Origin: Planctomycetota bacterium
GTDB taxonomy: Bacteria; Planctomycetota; UBA1135; UBA2386
NCBI GenBank assembly: GCA_947501605.1
Contig: CANMWZ010000016.1
Coordinates: forward strand, 27,991 to 91,990
Length of the DNA: 64,000 nucleotides
Reading direction: 5' to 3'
Positions 18,291 to 28,424 of this stretch are shown one piece after another. Within the stretch, counting starts at the first letter, position 1, and every line of letters starts with the position of its first letter. A program made the translations under genes and the position numbers. The notes beneath the pieces were generated by a model, which worked only from the letters and a program-made list of their open reading frames with translations, did no database searches and had not been told where the DNA came from.

Positions 18291-18818
18291 ATGCCGATCC
18301 GTTCGCTCGCCGCATTCGTACTGCTCGTGCTGCTACCCAACGCCTGCTCCACTGCCACCGCCAAGGATGAAGAAGGCACCGCCTACCCAGCGCTCGTAGC
18401 CTCGATGCAGACGCTGCAGGACGAGCAGAAGCGGTTCACGGCCTCAAACCAGTTACCCCAGACCCTGGACTTCGACCGGAATGGGCGCGTGACGATCCGG
18501 CAGCTCTCCCTCGACGGATACCCAGGCAACACCTACGTCCGCGCCCGTTTCCACTACCAAAACAACACCGGGCGGCCGGTGCTGCGCGCCTTGATCTCGC
18601 TGGATGTGCTTGATGCCCGGGGCGAAATGGTAGCCAGCCAAGTCAGCGTCTGCATTTTCCCAACCCCCAGGGCAATCCACGACGGCACCTTTTTCGCCGA
18701 CGAGTTGCGAACCCAGACTCATGGCGCCCACGAGATCTCTGGATGGACTTGGCGACTAACCTGCAAGGCCGAGTTCATGGAATCAGAAGACGAGGCCACC
18801 GACGGCGGCTCGCGATGA
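18291..18818 (+). CDS. Hypothetical secreted protein, possibly a lipoprotein
   Basis: Trimmed to ATG 18291 (MPIRSLAAFVLLVLLPNACSTA...). GC-rich third positions. Confidence 0.7.
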   Translation: MPIRSLAAFVLLVLLPNACSTATAKDEEGTAYPALVASMQTLQDEQKRFTASNQLPQTLDFDRNGRVTIRQLSLDGYPGNTYVRARFHYQNNTGRPVLRALISLDVLDARGEMVASQVSVCIFPTPRAIHDGTFFADELRTQTHGAHEISGWTWRLTCKAEFMESEDEATDGGSR

Positions 18819-18845
18819 TGCGCTAAGCCGCGTTAGGCTGCGCGC

Positions 18846-19967
18846 ATGACGACGATCGCGCCCACCCGATACCCGCGACGCCAGCGCAGTTTGAAGATCG
18901 TCTCTGTCGCGACGGGCTGCGCGATAGGCCTCCTCTGCGGCGAGATCGGCGCGCGGACCTTCGCTTGGCTGCGCGAGGCCAGCAAGCGGTCAGACTTCGA
19001 GCGAATGCGGACTGGCCCGTCCGCTCTACGCCTCGACCGCGAGGCGAAACTCGGCGAGATCGTCTGCCCGAGTGCGTTCGACGACGTCATCTACGAGTTG
19101 ATCCCCAGCTGCAGTGCACTGTTCCAAGGAGTTCCGTGCAGCTTCAACGCCGACGGTTACCGAGGTCCGCCGCTACCTGCCCGCAAGCGCGAGCCCGGCA
19201 GCCTGCGAATCGTCGGCCTCGGTGACTCGGTCATGTTCGGCTGGGGAATCGACGAGCCCGACTGCTTCCTGCGGCGCATCGAGAGGACACTTCGTGCACG
19301 CATGCCGGAGCGACTCGTCGAAGTCGTGAACACAGGTGTGCCGGGCTACAACACCGCGATGGAAGTGGCCGCCTTCGAGCACAAGACGCTGTCGCTGCGG
19401 CCGGACGTGATACTCATCGATTGGGTAGGCAACGACGCCGACCTGCCCAACCTTGTCGCCACTGACAGCAGTCCGTTCGATCTGTCGCGTTCGTTCCTCT
19501 ACGACCTCACACGCAAAGCGCTCGGCTGGCGCACCCAGTGGCAGACGGGACCACTGCAGGAGGCTCCTTTCACGGGCGAACACTACGAACGCGACCCCGC
19601 ACGCGTGCCGACCGCTTACCGGGGAATGGTCGGCGAGGCGGGCGTCGAGCGCGCCCTCCGGCGGCTGGCGGAACTCGCCGAACAACATGGCTTCCGCGTC
19701 GTCGTCACCAGTCACTACGGCGTTCCCGAGTTCGTCCGCCAGTGCTGCCAGAAGCATCAGTGGCCGGTACTCGACAGTGTCGACCAAGTCCACGCCGCAC
19801 TGCGTGAACGCGGTCTCGAGCCGGCGGACTATCGCCGTAGCGACCTCGTGCTCGGGCCGGAAGATCCGCACCCGAGCGCCCGAGCCCATGCCATGTATGC
19901 GGAGCGGCTGGCGAACTTTCTACAGCAGTTAGGCTGGCTCGCCCCGGCTGCGATCAACCCTCGCTGA
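18846..19967 (+). CDS. SGNH/GDSL-family hydrolase
   Basis: Block I is GLGDSVMFGWG, block III is NTGVPGYNT, and the C-terminal DPHPS supplies the D-x-x-H catalytic pair. N-terminal membrane anchor. Confidence 0.8.
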   Translation: MTTIAPTRYPRRQRSLKIVSVATGCAIGLLCGEIGARTFAWLREASKRSDFERMRTGPSALRLDREAKLGEIVCPSAFDDVIYELIPSCSALFQGVPCSFNADGYRGPPLPARKREPGSLRIVGLGDSVMFGWGIDEPDCFLRRIERTLRARMPERLVEVVNTGVPGYNTAMEVAAFEHKTLSLRPDVILIDWVGNDADLPNLVATDSSPFDLSRSFLYDLTRKALGWRTQWQTGPLQEAPFTGEHYERDPARVPTAYRGMVGEAGVERALRRLAELAEQHGFRVVVTSHYGVPEFVRQCCQKHQWPVLDSVDQVHAALRERGLEPADYRRSDLVLGPEDPHPSARAHAMYAERLANFLQQLGWLAPAAINPR

Positions 19968-21255
19968 TGCGTTCGATGTCGGCGCCGATGCGCTGCAGTT
20001 TCTGCTCGATCCGCTCGTAGCCTCGATCGATGTGGTAGACCCGTCGCACGTCCGTATGGCCGTTGGCGACAAGGCCCGCAAGGACGAGGCTCGCCGACGC
20101 CCTGAGGTCACTCGCCATCACGGGAGCACCACGCAGATTGGTGGTACCCTCGATGATGGCGCTTGGTCCTTCGCGACGAATGCGCGCACCCAGGCGCTGA
20201 AGTTCGGCCGCGTGTATAAAGCGCTCGGGGTAGATCTTCTCGGTAATCACCGAGACACCTTCCGCGGTCGCCATCAGCGCCATGAACTGCGCCTGCAGGT
20301 CCGTTGGGAATCCAGGATAGGGCATCGTCGTGATGTCAACGGCCTTGAGACGTCCAGCGGCCGTTGGGCGATTGCGCACGAAGTCCTTGCCGATCTCGAT
20401 GTCGGCACCGGCAGCGCGCATGCGATCGATCACCGCCAGCAAGTGCATCGGATTGGCATTCTCGACCTTCACGTCGCTGTTGGTGAGGATCGCACCACAG
20501 AGAAACGTGCCAGCTTCGATCCGATCGGGAATCATCGACCACTCACAACCGTGTAGCGCGTCGACGCCTTCGATCTCGAGCAGGTGCCCACCGATGCCCT
20601 TGATGCGCGCACCGCAGGCATTGAGGAAGTGGCACAGGTCTTCGACCTCTGGCTCCATCGCCGCCGACTCGAGCCAAGTCGTACCCTTGGCCAACGTTGC
20701 CGCCATCAACACGTTGGCGGTACCAAGCACGGTCGAACCCATGTTGCCGCCGAGGAAGACGACGCCGCCGCGAGGGACCCCGGTGATGCTGACGTAGCCG
20801 TCCGCCATATCGACCACACCACCGAGAGCCGCGAGACCCTTGAGGTGCAGATCTACGGGGCGATGACCGAACACACAACCACCCGGGAAGCTGACCGAGG
20901 CAACACCGCGGCGAGCCCACAACGGTCCGAGTACGACGAAGCTCGCGCGCATGGTGCGAACGAGGTCGTAGGGCGCCGTATAGACCGTCTTGTCCTTGGC
21001 CTCGATCTCCAGCGTACTGTCGTCGAGCCAAGTGTACTGCACACCCAACCGCTCCAGGATGCGCAGGAGATTGAGGACGTCGGTGAGCCGCGGCACATTG
21101 CGCAGCAGCACCGGACCGTCGATCAGCAGCGATGCTGCCAGAATTGGCAGCGCGCCATTTTTGCTGCCGGAAACACGAACGGAGCCGCCGAGACCGCGGC
21201 CCCCCCGGATACGAATGCGATCCAAGGAGACATCCCTCCGCGAACGATCGGGCAT
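19954..21255 (-). CDS. murA: UDP-N-acetylglucosamine 1-carboxyvinyltransferase
   Basis: IRIRGG...GSVRVSGSKNGALPILAASLL and the active-site region FPGGCVFGHRPVDLH. Trimmed to ATG 21255, since the track ORF extends 80 codons upstream. Confidence 0.95.
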   Translation of the reverse strand: MPDRSRRDVSLDRIRIRGGRGLGGSVRVSGSKNGALPILAASLLIDGPVLLRNVPRLTDVLNLLRILERLGVQYTWLDDSTLEIEAKDKTVYTAPYDLVRTMRASFVVLGPLWARRGVASVSFPGGCVFGHRPVDLHLKGLAALGGVVDMADGYVSITGVPRGGVVFLGGNMGSTVLGTANVLMAATLAKGTTWLESAAMEPEVEDLCHFLNACGARIKGIGGHLLEIEGVDALHGCEWSMIPDRIEAGTFLCGAILTNSDVKVENANPMHLLAVIDRMRAAGADIEIGKDFVRNRPTAAGRLKAVDITTMPYPGFPTDLQAQFMALMATAEGVSVITEKIYPERFIHAAELQRLGARIRREGPSAIIEGTTNLRGAPVMASDLRASASLVLAGLVANGHTDVRRVYHIDRGYERIEQKLQRIGADIERISEG

Positions 21256-21466
21256 GACCGATCGACCGCCGTCATTATTAGGAACCAAACCGAACGGACG
21301 ACCCCACTGACCGGCGGAATCGCACGACGCGGCGCATGCTAGCGAACGCAATTCGTGGCGCAATGCGGCGGTCGAGAACTTTCCACCGACAGGCAATACT
21401 CGCGCAGCGCAGCGACGAGAGACGAACCCCTTGCGACAGGGGCGCCTTGCCGTGGATGGTACGCGG

Positions 21467-22744
21467 ATGCACATCCTGCAGCTCGCGCACGGCATCCCCC
21501 CCGAGAGCGTCGGTGGCGTTGAGCAGCACGTCGATGGACTCTCGCGCGCGCTGGCGCTGTGCGGCCATCAAGTACACATCTACGCTCGAACCACGGCACA
21601 TGGCCACGCGCAAGGAGACCTGCTGCCGACGCTGGCCGGCAACCCAGCGATCACCCGCGCAGTGTTCCGCTGGGAAGGCGTTCGCGACCTTGCGTCCATG
21701 TACGACTGCATCCCGATGGCCGCGACACTCGGGCGCTTCTTGGATGCGCAACGCGACCTGGGCATTCGCTTCGACGTCGCCCATGTGCACCACTTGACGG
21801 GAATGTCGACCGACTCCCTCGCTGTGCTGCAGCGAGCCGAGGTGCCGACGGTGCTGACGCTGCATGACTACTGGTCGATGTGCCCGCGCGGACAGATGTG
21901 GCATCGACGCGAAGAGGTGTGCGAACAGGTCGAGCCGCAACGATGCGGCGAGTGCCTCGCACAGACGTTCCCGGGTTGGCTGAAACCAGAAACGGGAGCC
22001 CCCGCAGCAGCGGCCCTCCATGATCGGGCTCGCGCCGTGCTGGCTCAGGCCACCAAACTCGTGATCCCGTCGGCACGGGCACTCGCGCCCTTCCTCAAGC
22101 TGGGCGTCCCGAGAGAACGCATCACCGTCGTGGAGAACGGCGTCGATACCGAGGCCCTGCGGATGTTGCCGCTCCCAGCCTGTGGGCCGGGTCCTCTGCG
22201 TCTGGGCTACCTCGGAACCGTAATGCCCAGCAAGGGACTTCACGTCTTGCTCGAGGCGGTGCTACGGCAACCCCGGGGCAGCGTCGAACTCCACATCCAC
22301 GGCAATGTGGTCCCCTACCACGGCGACGACAGCTACGGAACCCGTTGCTTTGGCCGACTCACGCCAGGATGCGGCGTTCACTACCACGGCCCCTACGCGA
22401 CCGGAGAACTTCCGGCCATCCTTGGCACCATCGATGTCGTCTGCGCCCCTGCCTTGTGGCAGGAAGCGTTCGGGCTGACCGTGCGCGAGGCCTCGGCGGC
22501 AGGGCGCCCAGTGCTGGCCAGCCGAATTGGCGGCCTGCAGGACGCCGTCATCGACGGCCAGGAAGGGCGCGTCCTGGCCCCCGGGGATGTCGACGCCTGG
22601 GCCCTGGCCATCGGCGAATTCGCAAACGACCGAGCGGCGGTGCGCACCATGGCCGCCCGGAGCCGCCCAAGAGCTCGCGGCTTCAGCGCCATGGCCGACG
22701 ACCTGATCCAGGTCTACGGAGCGGCCCGGACCGCGGGTCCGTAG
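21467..22744 (+). CDS. Glycosyltransferase, GT-B fold (family 4/1-like)
   Basis: N-terminus [23 protein letters not shown]-terminal [35 protein letters not shown] (E-x7-E region). Confidence 0.85.
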   Translation: MHILQLAHGIPPESVGGVEQHVDGLSRALALCGHQVHIYARTTAHGHAQGDLLPTLAGNPAITRAVFRWEGVRDLASMYDCIPMAATLGRFLDAQRDLGIRFDVAHVHHLTGMSTDSLAVLQRAEVPTVLTLHDYWSMCPRGQMWHRREEVCEQVEPQRCGECLAQTFPGWLKPETGAPAAAALHDRARAVLAQATKLVIPSARALAPFLKLGVPRERITVVENGVDTEALRMLPLPACGPGPLRLGYLGTVMPSKGLHVLLEAVLRQPRGSVELHIHGNVVPYHGDDSYGTRCFGRLTPGCGVHYHGPYATGELPAILGTIDVVCAPALWQEAFGLTVREASAAGRPVLASRIGGLQDAVIDGQEGRVLAPGDVDAWALAIGEFANDRAAVRTMAARSRPRARGFSAMADDLIQVYGAARTAGP

Positions 22745-22875
22745 CTCTGGGCCACACCGCGCTTGACCGACGCCTAGGGCTCTGCCTACGCTCCCCTGCC
22801 CATTTTTGCGATCGCGCGCCGCGATGGTCACAGCGACCACCGGGCCGTTGCGAGTCCATCCCCAGGAACGCCCCG

Positions 22876-24195
22876 ATGACCGAAATGCTCGCGACCAACG
22901 AACCCACCGAGTCGCTAGATCCCAACGCGTTGCTCCGCGGTGAGATCAGCTTCGCCGTGCTCGACACGTTCCGGAGCAAGGTGTTCCGCTCGATCAACGC
23001 GGTGGAGCACGTGCGTGACTGGCTAGGCAGCCCGCAGGCCCAAGGCTTGCCGCGCAGCTTGGCGCTGTGGGCCCTCGGACGTCACCGCGAAGCTCTGCCT
23101 GGCCTCTTGGCCCAGAAACAGAGTCCCGCGATCGCCGATTGCATCGCGCGCAGTTACATCGCTCTGGGCAAGTTCAGCGAGGCGGAGGCGATTTTGACCC
23201 TGAAGGGCACCGACGGACGCCAGGCGTTCACGTGGTTGCTCGCGGTCGAATCGACGATGGACGCGGCGCGCCTGCACAAGGAACTCGAGCGCTGCAAGAG
23301 CATCCTGGAGCCCAACGACCGAACGTTCTTTGAAGGCCGTGTGCGTGAACTGAGCCACGACAGCGAAGGGGCCATCGCCTGCTACGACCAAGTGATCGGG
23401 CTGGCACCGGACCACAAGTACGCGCTGTTCCGCTTGGCAGTCAACGTCGACCTGCGAGGCGAAGACGAAGAGGCGCGAGAACTCTACGAGCGCTCGCTGA
23501 TGATCCCGCCAGTCAACTCGGCTTGCGTCATCAACCTCGGCGTGCTCTACGAGGACATTGGCAACTACCGTCGCGCGATGCAGTGCTTCGACCTCGCACT
23601 CCAGGCGAACCCTGAGGACGAGCGCGCACGCCTGTATCGCCGCGATGCTGCCGCGGCCCTCAACATGTACTACGATGAGGACCAGGAACGCCGCGACGAC
23701 AAGCGCAACAAGCTGCTGCGCACACCGATCAACGATTTCGAGCTGTCGGTGCGCTCACGCAACTGCCTCGCGAAGATGAACATTCGTACTCTTGGCGACC
23801 TAGTCAAGAAGACCGAGGCTGAGTTGCTCAGCTACAAGAACTTCGGCGAGACTTCGCTGGCGGAGATCAAGGAGATCCTCAAGAACAAGGGCCTCCACCT
23901 CGGCATGACGTCCGACGAGCTGATGAGCCGCGATCTCGGTGAGACCGTTGACATCCCCGATGATGTCGAAGAGCAACCAGACCCGCAGAGCCCGGACCCG
24001 GTGCGCCGCCCGATCACGGAGCTGGACCTCTCCGTCCGCAGCCGCCGCATCGTTGATCTGCTGAAGGTGCGCACGATTGGCGATCTTTCGAGCAAGACCG
24101 AAGCCGAGCTGCTGGCTTGCCCGAACTTCGGGCAGACCTCGCTGAATGAGATCAAGACCAAGCTCGACGAGCTCGGTCTCTCGCTCCGCGGCTGA
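22876..24195 (+). CDS. TPR-repeat protein with two C-terminal RNA polymerase alpha-subunit CTD-like (HhH) domains
   Basis: Two copies of the alpha-CTD signature: [46 protein letters not shown] and [48 protein letters not shown]-like repeats lie upstream. Trimmed to ATG 22876. Confidence 0.85.
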   Translation: MTEMLATNEPTESLDPNALLRGEISFAVLDTFRSKVFRSINAVEHVRDWLGSPQAQGLPRSLALWALGRHREALPGLLAQKQSPAIADCIARSYIALGKFSEAEAILTLKGTDGRQAFTWLLAVESTMDAARLHKELERCKSILEPNDRTFFEGRVRELSHDSEGAIACYDQVIGLAPDHKYALFRLAVNVDLRGEDEEARELYERSLMIPPVNSACVINLGVLYEDIGNYRRAMQCFDLALQANPEDERARLYRRDAAAALNMYYDEDQERRDDKRNKLLRTPINDFELSVRSRNCLAKMNIRTLGDLVKKTEAELLSYKNFGETSLAEIKEILKNKGLHLGMTSDELMSRDLGETVDIPDDVEEQPDPQSPDPVRRPITELDLSVRSRRIVDLLKVRTIGDLSSKTEAELLACPNFGQTSLNEIKTKLDELGLSLRG

Positions 24196-24267
24196 TCCTG
24201 TCCTCCAAGCCCGTCGGCACTTTTCCCCCTTGAGTTGGCCTCGCGCAAAGAGGCCGCGAACCGCGCG

Positions 24268-24861
24268 ATGTACGACCACCTCCAAGGTGAGGTAATCGAG
24301 AAGCTCGGTTCGCGAGCAGTGCTGCGCGTGCACGACGTCGGTTACGAACTTCGGGTCTCGCTGTCGACAGCGAGCCTGTTGGTTCCGGGCACGCAGACCG
24401 TGCTGTTCACGATCCTGCACGTCACGGATGGCATGCCCATGCTGCTGGGCTTCGCCACCCGCAGCGAACGTGAGTTGGCGCGGAAGCTCTTGGCCACCAG
24501 CGGCGTGGGCCCGAGCACGGCACTCTCGATCCTGAGCCACTATTCCGCGCCGGAACTCGTGCAGGCGATCGCCACCAGCGATATCGCAGCCCTGAAACGC
24601 GTGAAGGGGATCGGCCAGAAGACGGCCGAGCGCCTGTGTCTCGAACTGCGGGATAGCGTGCGGAAGCTCGACATTGCACCGGTGGACGCACGCACCATGA
24701 CCCCGCTCAGCGCCGCCGACGAAGACGCTGTGCTCGCACTCCTGACGCTCGGCTACTCCGAAAAGGAAGCGCGCGAGAAACTCGGCAAGGCGCGCGGCAA
24801 GCGCAAGGAACTTGCGATGGCGTCCACGGAAGAGCTGGTCAGGGCCGTTCTGCAGTCGTGA
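24268..24861 (+). CDS. ruvA: Holliday junction DNA helicase subunit RuvA
   Basis: MYDHLQGEV... OB domain, and HhH motifs GVGPSTALSIL and VKGIGQKTAERL. Confidence 0.9.
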   Translation: MYDHLQGEVIEKLGSRAVLRVHDVGYELRVSLSTASLLVPGTQTVLFTILHVTDGMPMLLGFATRSERELARKLLATSGVGPSTALSILSHYSAPELVQAIATSDIAALKRVKGIGQKTAERLCLELRDSVRKLDIAPVDARTMTPLSAADEDAVLALLTLGYSEKEAREKLGKARGKRKELAMASTEELVRAVLQS

Positions 24862-26701
24862 TTGCCTTGCTCGTCTCGCCGCCGCGATCGCGGCGCGCGA
24901 GCAGGACCAGTAACAACTGAACATCCGCGGGCCGAACGCCAGGAATGCGCGACGCCTCGCCGAGCGTGAGCGGTTGGCGCGCCAGCAGTCGGGTGCGGGC
25001 TTCGTTGCTCAGACCAGGAATCGCGACATAGTCGAACGACTCGGGGATCCGCCGATGCTCCATGCGACGCATCCGCTCGACCTCAGCACTCTGCCGCGCG
25101 ATGTATCCCTCGTACTTCACCTCTGCCTCGATCTCCGCGAGGTCAGCAGGTGTCAGTGCGAGCGGCTCGAAGGCGGGATCCGACGCCAGAAGCTCGTCAG
25201 CGAACACCTCGGGTCGCCGCAACCACTCGAGCAAGGTGCGACCAGAACGACGATGCAATTCGAGCAGCTTGATCGCAGCGCGGATGCGCTGCTCTTTCTG
25301 CCGGACACGATCGACTACCTCGCTGGCCAACAACCCCAACTGTTCGGCCATCGGTGAGAGTCTGCGGTCGGCGTTGTCGCTGCGCAACAGCAACCGAAAC
25401 TCCGCGCGGCTGGTGAACATCCGGTAAGGCTCGGTCGGATTCACGCGACAGAGGTCGTCCACCATGACGCCGAGGTAGGCAGTTGCGCGATCGATCACAA
25501 AGGCACCTTCACCGCGAGCAAACCGCGCCGCGTTGACGCCGGCGACCAGACCCTGACCTGCCGCCTCTTCATAACCGCTGGTGCCGTTGATCTGACCCGC
25601 CGCAAACAGGCCTGAGATGCCCCCGACCTGGAGATCCGCGCGCAGTTGATCCGTGCACAGGAAGTCGTACTCGACGGCATAGCCGGGGCGCAGCATCACC
25701 GCTGCTTCGAGGCCAGGGATCGTGCGCAGAAACTGCTCCTGCACAGCTGCCGGCAGGCTGGTGGAAATGCCGTTGGGGTAGACATCGTCGCTGTCTCGGC
25801 CCTCTGGCTCGAGGAACACTTGGTGTCCATCCTGGTCCGGGAACCGAACAATCTTGTCCTCCACGCTGGGGCAATAGCGCGGCCCCTGACCCTGGATTCG
25901 CCCCTGCACCATCGGTGAGAGATGCGCATTGGCGGCCAGGATCTCGTGGGTTGCGCGGCTTGTGCGCGTGATCCAACATGAAATCTGAGGTCCGACGATT
26001 CGCTCGCTGCGGAACGAGAAGGGCTGCGGCGGATCATCCGGCAACTGCTCCTCGCACCTCGAGAAGTCGATCGACTTCGCCGACAGACGCGGCGGCGTCC
26101 CGGTCTTGAGACGTGCAAGTCGCAACCCGAGAGCCCGTAGCGACTGCGACAACCGCGTCGCGGCACGCTCGTCGTAACGACCGCCGGCTGCCTCCCATTC
26201 GCCCGCGAAAAGCCGTCCACCCAAGAAGGTGCCCGTCGTCAAGACGACGGCCGGCGCGCGCAGCACAACGCCACTGTCCAACTCGACGCCATCGAGGCTG
26301 CGTGCTTCGGCGGGGCCGCGACAGCGCAACGCCACTACTTCGCCAGCAACAACTTCAAGGCCTTGGTAGCCGCAAACACGCGCTGCCATCACTCGATTGT
26401 AGGCATGGCGATCGCACTGCGCTCGCGGCGAACGCACGGCCGGCCCCTTGCGCGTGTTGAGCATGCGGAAGTGGATCCCGGTGGCGTCGGTGCAGAGCCC
26501 CATCTCGCCACCGAGAGCGTCGACCTCGCGGACCAATTGACCTTTGGCCAAGCCCCCGATTGCAGGGTTGCAGGACATGCGACCGATCGCCGCCGCATCG
26601 ATGATGATCATTGCCACGCGCCGGCCCATACGCGCAGCGGCACACGCGGCCTCGACGCCAGCATGGCCACCACCCACCACGATCACGTCGAAGTCACGCA
26701 C
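24839..26701 (-). CDS. mnmG: tRNA uridine 5-carboxymethylaminomethyl modification enzyme MnmG (GidA)
   Basis: FAD motif FDVIVVGGGHAGVEAA, plus SCNPAIGG and GTSGYEEAAGQG. 620 aa. Its 3' end overlaps ruvA's 3' end by 23 nt on opposite strands. Confidence 0.97.
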   Translation of the reverse strand: MRDFDVIVVGGGHAGVEAACAAARMGRRVAMIIIDAAAIGRMSCNPAIGGLAKGQLVREVDALGGEMGLCTDATGIHFRMLNTRKGPAVRSPRAQCDRHAYNRVMAARVCGYQGLEVVAGEVVALRCRGPAEARSLDGVELDSGVVLRAPAVVLTTGTFLGGRLFAGEWEAAGGRYDERAATRLSQSLRALGLRLARLKTGTPPRLSAKSIDFSRCEEQLPDDPPQPFSFRSERIVGPQISCWITRTSRATHEILAANAHLSPMVQGRIQGQGPRYCPSVEDKIVRFPDQDGHQVFLEPEGRDSDDVYPNGISTSLPAAVQEQFLRTIPGLEAAVMLRPGYAVEYDFLCTDQLRADLQVGGISGLFAAGQINGTSGYEEAAGQGLVAGVNAARFARGEGAFVIDRATAYLGVMVDDLCRVNPTEPYRMFTSRAEFRLLLRSDNADRRLSPMAEQLGLLASEVVDRVRQKEQRIRAAIKLLELHRRSGRTLLEWLRRPEVFADELLASDPAFEPLALTPADLAEIEAEVKYEGYIARQSAEVERMRRMEHRRIPESFDYVAIPGLSNEARTRLLARQPLTLGEASRIPGVRPADVQLLLVLLARRDRGGETSKAITTAERP

Positions 26702-26937
26702 AGAACGGCAGACTAGCGAACGGCGACCGCTAGCGCAGCCGGACTCCTTTCTGGGGCGCAGTTGTCGGACTCAGCCCACGTCGGGTCGGGATCGCGCGTA
26801 GATGCGCCGGAGTTGCTCGTGATTGCGTAGGATGTAGGTCCACATGCGCATCACCATCGGCCGCATCGCAGGTGGGCTTGAACTACGGGAAGAGCCGCCG
26901 CTCGCACGTCGGGCGCCGCCCCCGCTAGACTCCGGCG

Positions 26938-28245
26938 ATGCACGACGCCTGCCGTCTCTTGCTGCCGCTGCTCGCCACCGTGGTGGCCACCACCCTACCG
27001 GCGCAAGTCTCGTTGCACGACTTACCGGCCCTGGCGCGATCCCGAGCTGAACGGCTGCGGCCGGCCCAGGAGAAAGCCCTGGAGCCGTTCTGGTCAGACC
27101 TCTCGCTGGAGTATCGCGACAACGCGCCGTATCTGGACCAGCGAATCGCACAGGTCGCCGCCATCGGCGACAGTGCCGTGCCGATGCTCCTGGAGAAGCT
27201 CCAGCCTGTAGCGGGCAACGACAAGGCGCGTAGCCTCGCCGCCAACAGTCGCCGCGTCCTGGAGAAGCTCGATCCGGCTAGTTTCCTCGACGCCCTTGTC
27301 GAACTTGCCCGCAGCAACAACGAGGTCGCTCGCGTCGAGTCAATCCAGCTGCTCGGCCGCTCCAGCTCGGCTCGTGCCGTGCCCGTGCTGATGGCCCTCT
27401 TGGATCAGGCCAACCCCGGCGAGAACTTGTTGATCCTGCAGGCGTTGACGCGCCTTCACGACCCGGCCCATGCCGAGCGCATTGTCCGCATGCTGGGCTC
27501 CGGCGACCGTACCGTCCGTGGGGCGGTGCTCGACTACCTCGTAGCCGCGGCCCCAGTTGCGGTGCTATCCACGGTGCTGCAGGCCCTTCCCAACGAGAAG
27601 GAGCGCAACGTGCTGCCGAAGTACATTCAGTACTTTGCCACCGTCGCCCGCGAACAGGAGGCCGTTGCAAGAGCACTGTTGCCGCTGCTCGACCGAGAGA
27701 AGCTCGACTATCGCGACCTCCTCGTCCTGGTCGAGAAGCTCGCGACCATCGCGCCCAAGGACCACGAACCCACGCAGAGAAAGCTCTTGGAGTGGATCGA
27801 CGGCGGCGAGACGGGTTCGCTGGCCCTGGCGGCAGCGACGACCCTGCGCACGCTCGGCGACCGGTCGGGAATGAAGAAGCTCCTCTCGACGATCAACGAG
27901 CAATTGAAGCGCCCTCAGCGTCGGCAGGACCCGCAGCTTTTCGAAGACCGCGCCAACCTGCACGCAGCGAACGCCGACTGGAAAGACGCGTCGGACGACT
28001 TCGAGAAGGTGCTCGAGTTCAGCCAAAGCGCCTTGCTTCAGCGCCGCATCCGTGGCCAGTTGATCCGCAGCGAGGCGCACCGAAGCCGCTGGGATCGCAT
28101 GCTCAAGCACTTGAAGGACAGCGGACTCACGCTGGCGGAGATTGAAGTGCTGGCCCAGGAGGACCCCGCCGTCCAGGAAGGCCTGGAGCGGCCCAGCATC
28201 CGTAGTTGGATGCAGACGCTGCAGCGCGAAGCCAGCGGGCGCTGA
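26938..28245 (+). CDS. Secreted HEAT/ARM-like repeat protein
   Basis: Signal peptide MHDACRLLLPLLATVVATTLPAQ. Repeated AVPxLxxLL-type HEAT units (SAVPMLLEKL, ARAVPVLMALLD, DRTVRGAVLDYL). Confidence 0.7.
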   Translation: MHDACRLLLPLLATVVATTLPAQVSLHDLPALARSRAERLRPAQEKALEPFWSDLSLEYRDNAPYLDQRIAQVAAIGDSAVPMLLEKLQPVAGNDKARSLAANSRRVLEKLDPASFLDALVELARSNNEVARVESIQLLGRSSSARAVPVLMALLDQANPGENLLILQALTRLHDPAHAERIVRMLGSGDRTVRGAVLDYLVAAAPVAVLSTVLQALPNEKERNVLPKYIQYFATVAREQEAVARALLPLLDREKLDYRDLLVLVEKLATIAPKDHEPTQRKLLEWIDGGETGSLALAAATTLRTLGDRSGMKKLLSTINEQLKRPQRRQDPQLFEDRANLHAANADWKDASDDFEKVLEFSQSALLQRRIRGQLIRSEAHRSRWDRMLKHLKDSGLTLAEIEVLAQEDPAVQEGLERPSIRSWMQTLQREASGR

Positions 28246-28369
28246 CCGGACGCGACCGCCAGTTGCAGCAGCGGCCTGGCGAAGTTGAGGCAACGGTCGA
28301 GGACCGTGCGGGGCCGTTCTTGACCCAGAGGCATCGACACGCGAACATCCTTCGCCCCTTTGTCGCGCC

Positions 28370-28388
28370 GTCCGGTCGACGACCGGAC
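28370..28388. promoter_or_regulatory. Perfect 9-1-9 palindrome GTCCGGTCG-A-CGACCGGAC, 37 nt upstream of the tig start. Candidate operator.
   Basis: Read directly from the sequence; the arms are exact reverse complements. The regulatory role is inferred only. Confidence 0.3.
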
Positions 28389-28424
28389 CGACGAAGGCCC
28401 TCGTCCGAGAGCATTCCTCCCATC

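Noticed and set aside
24839-24861. A 23-nt overlap of the convergent 3' ends of ruvA and mnmG
   Set aside because: The overlap is real in the sequence. It involves only the non-conserved C-terminal tail of MnmG and the last codons of RuvA. Such overlaps are common in compact genomes and carry no evident regulatory meaning.
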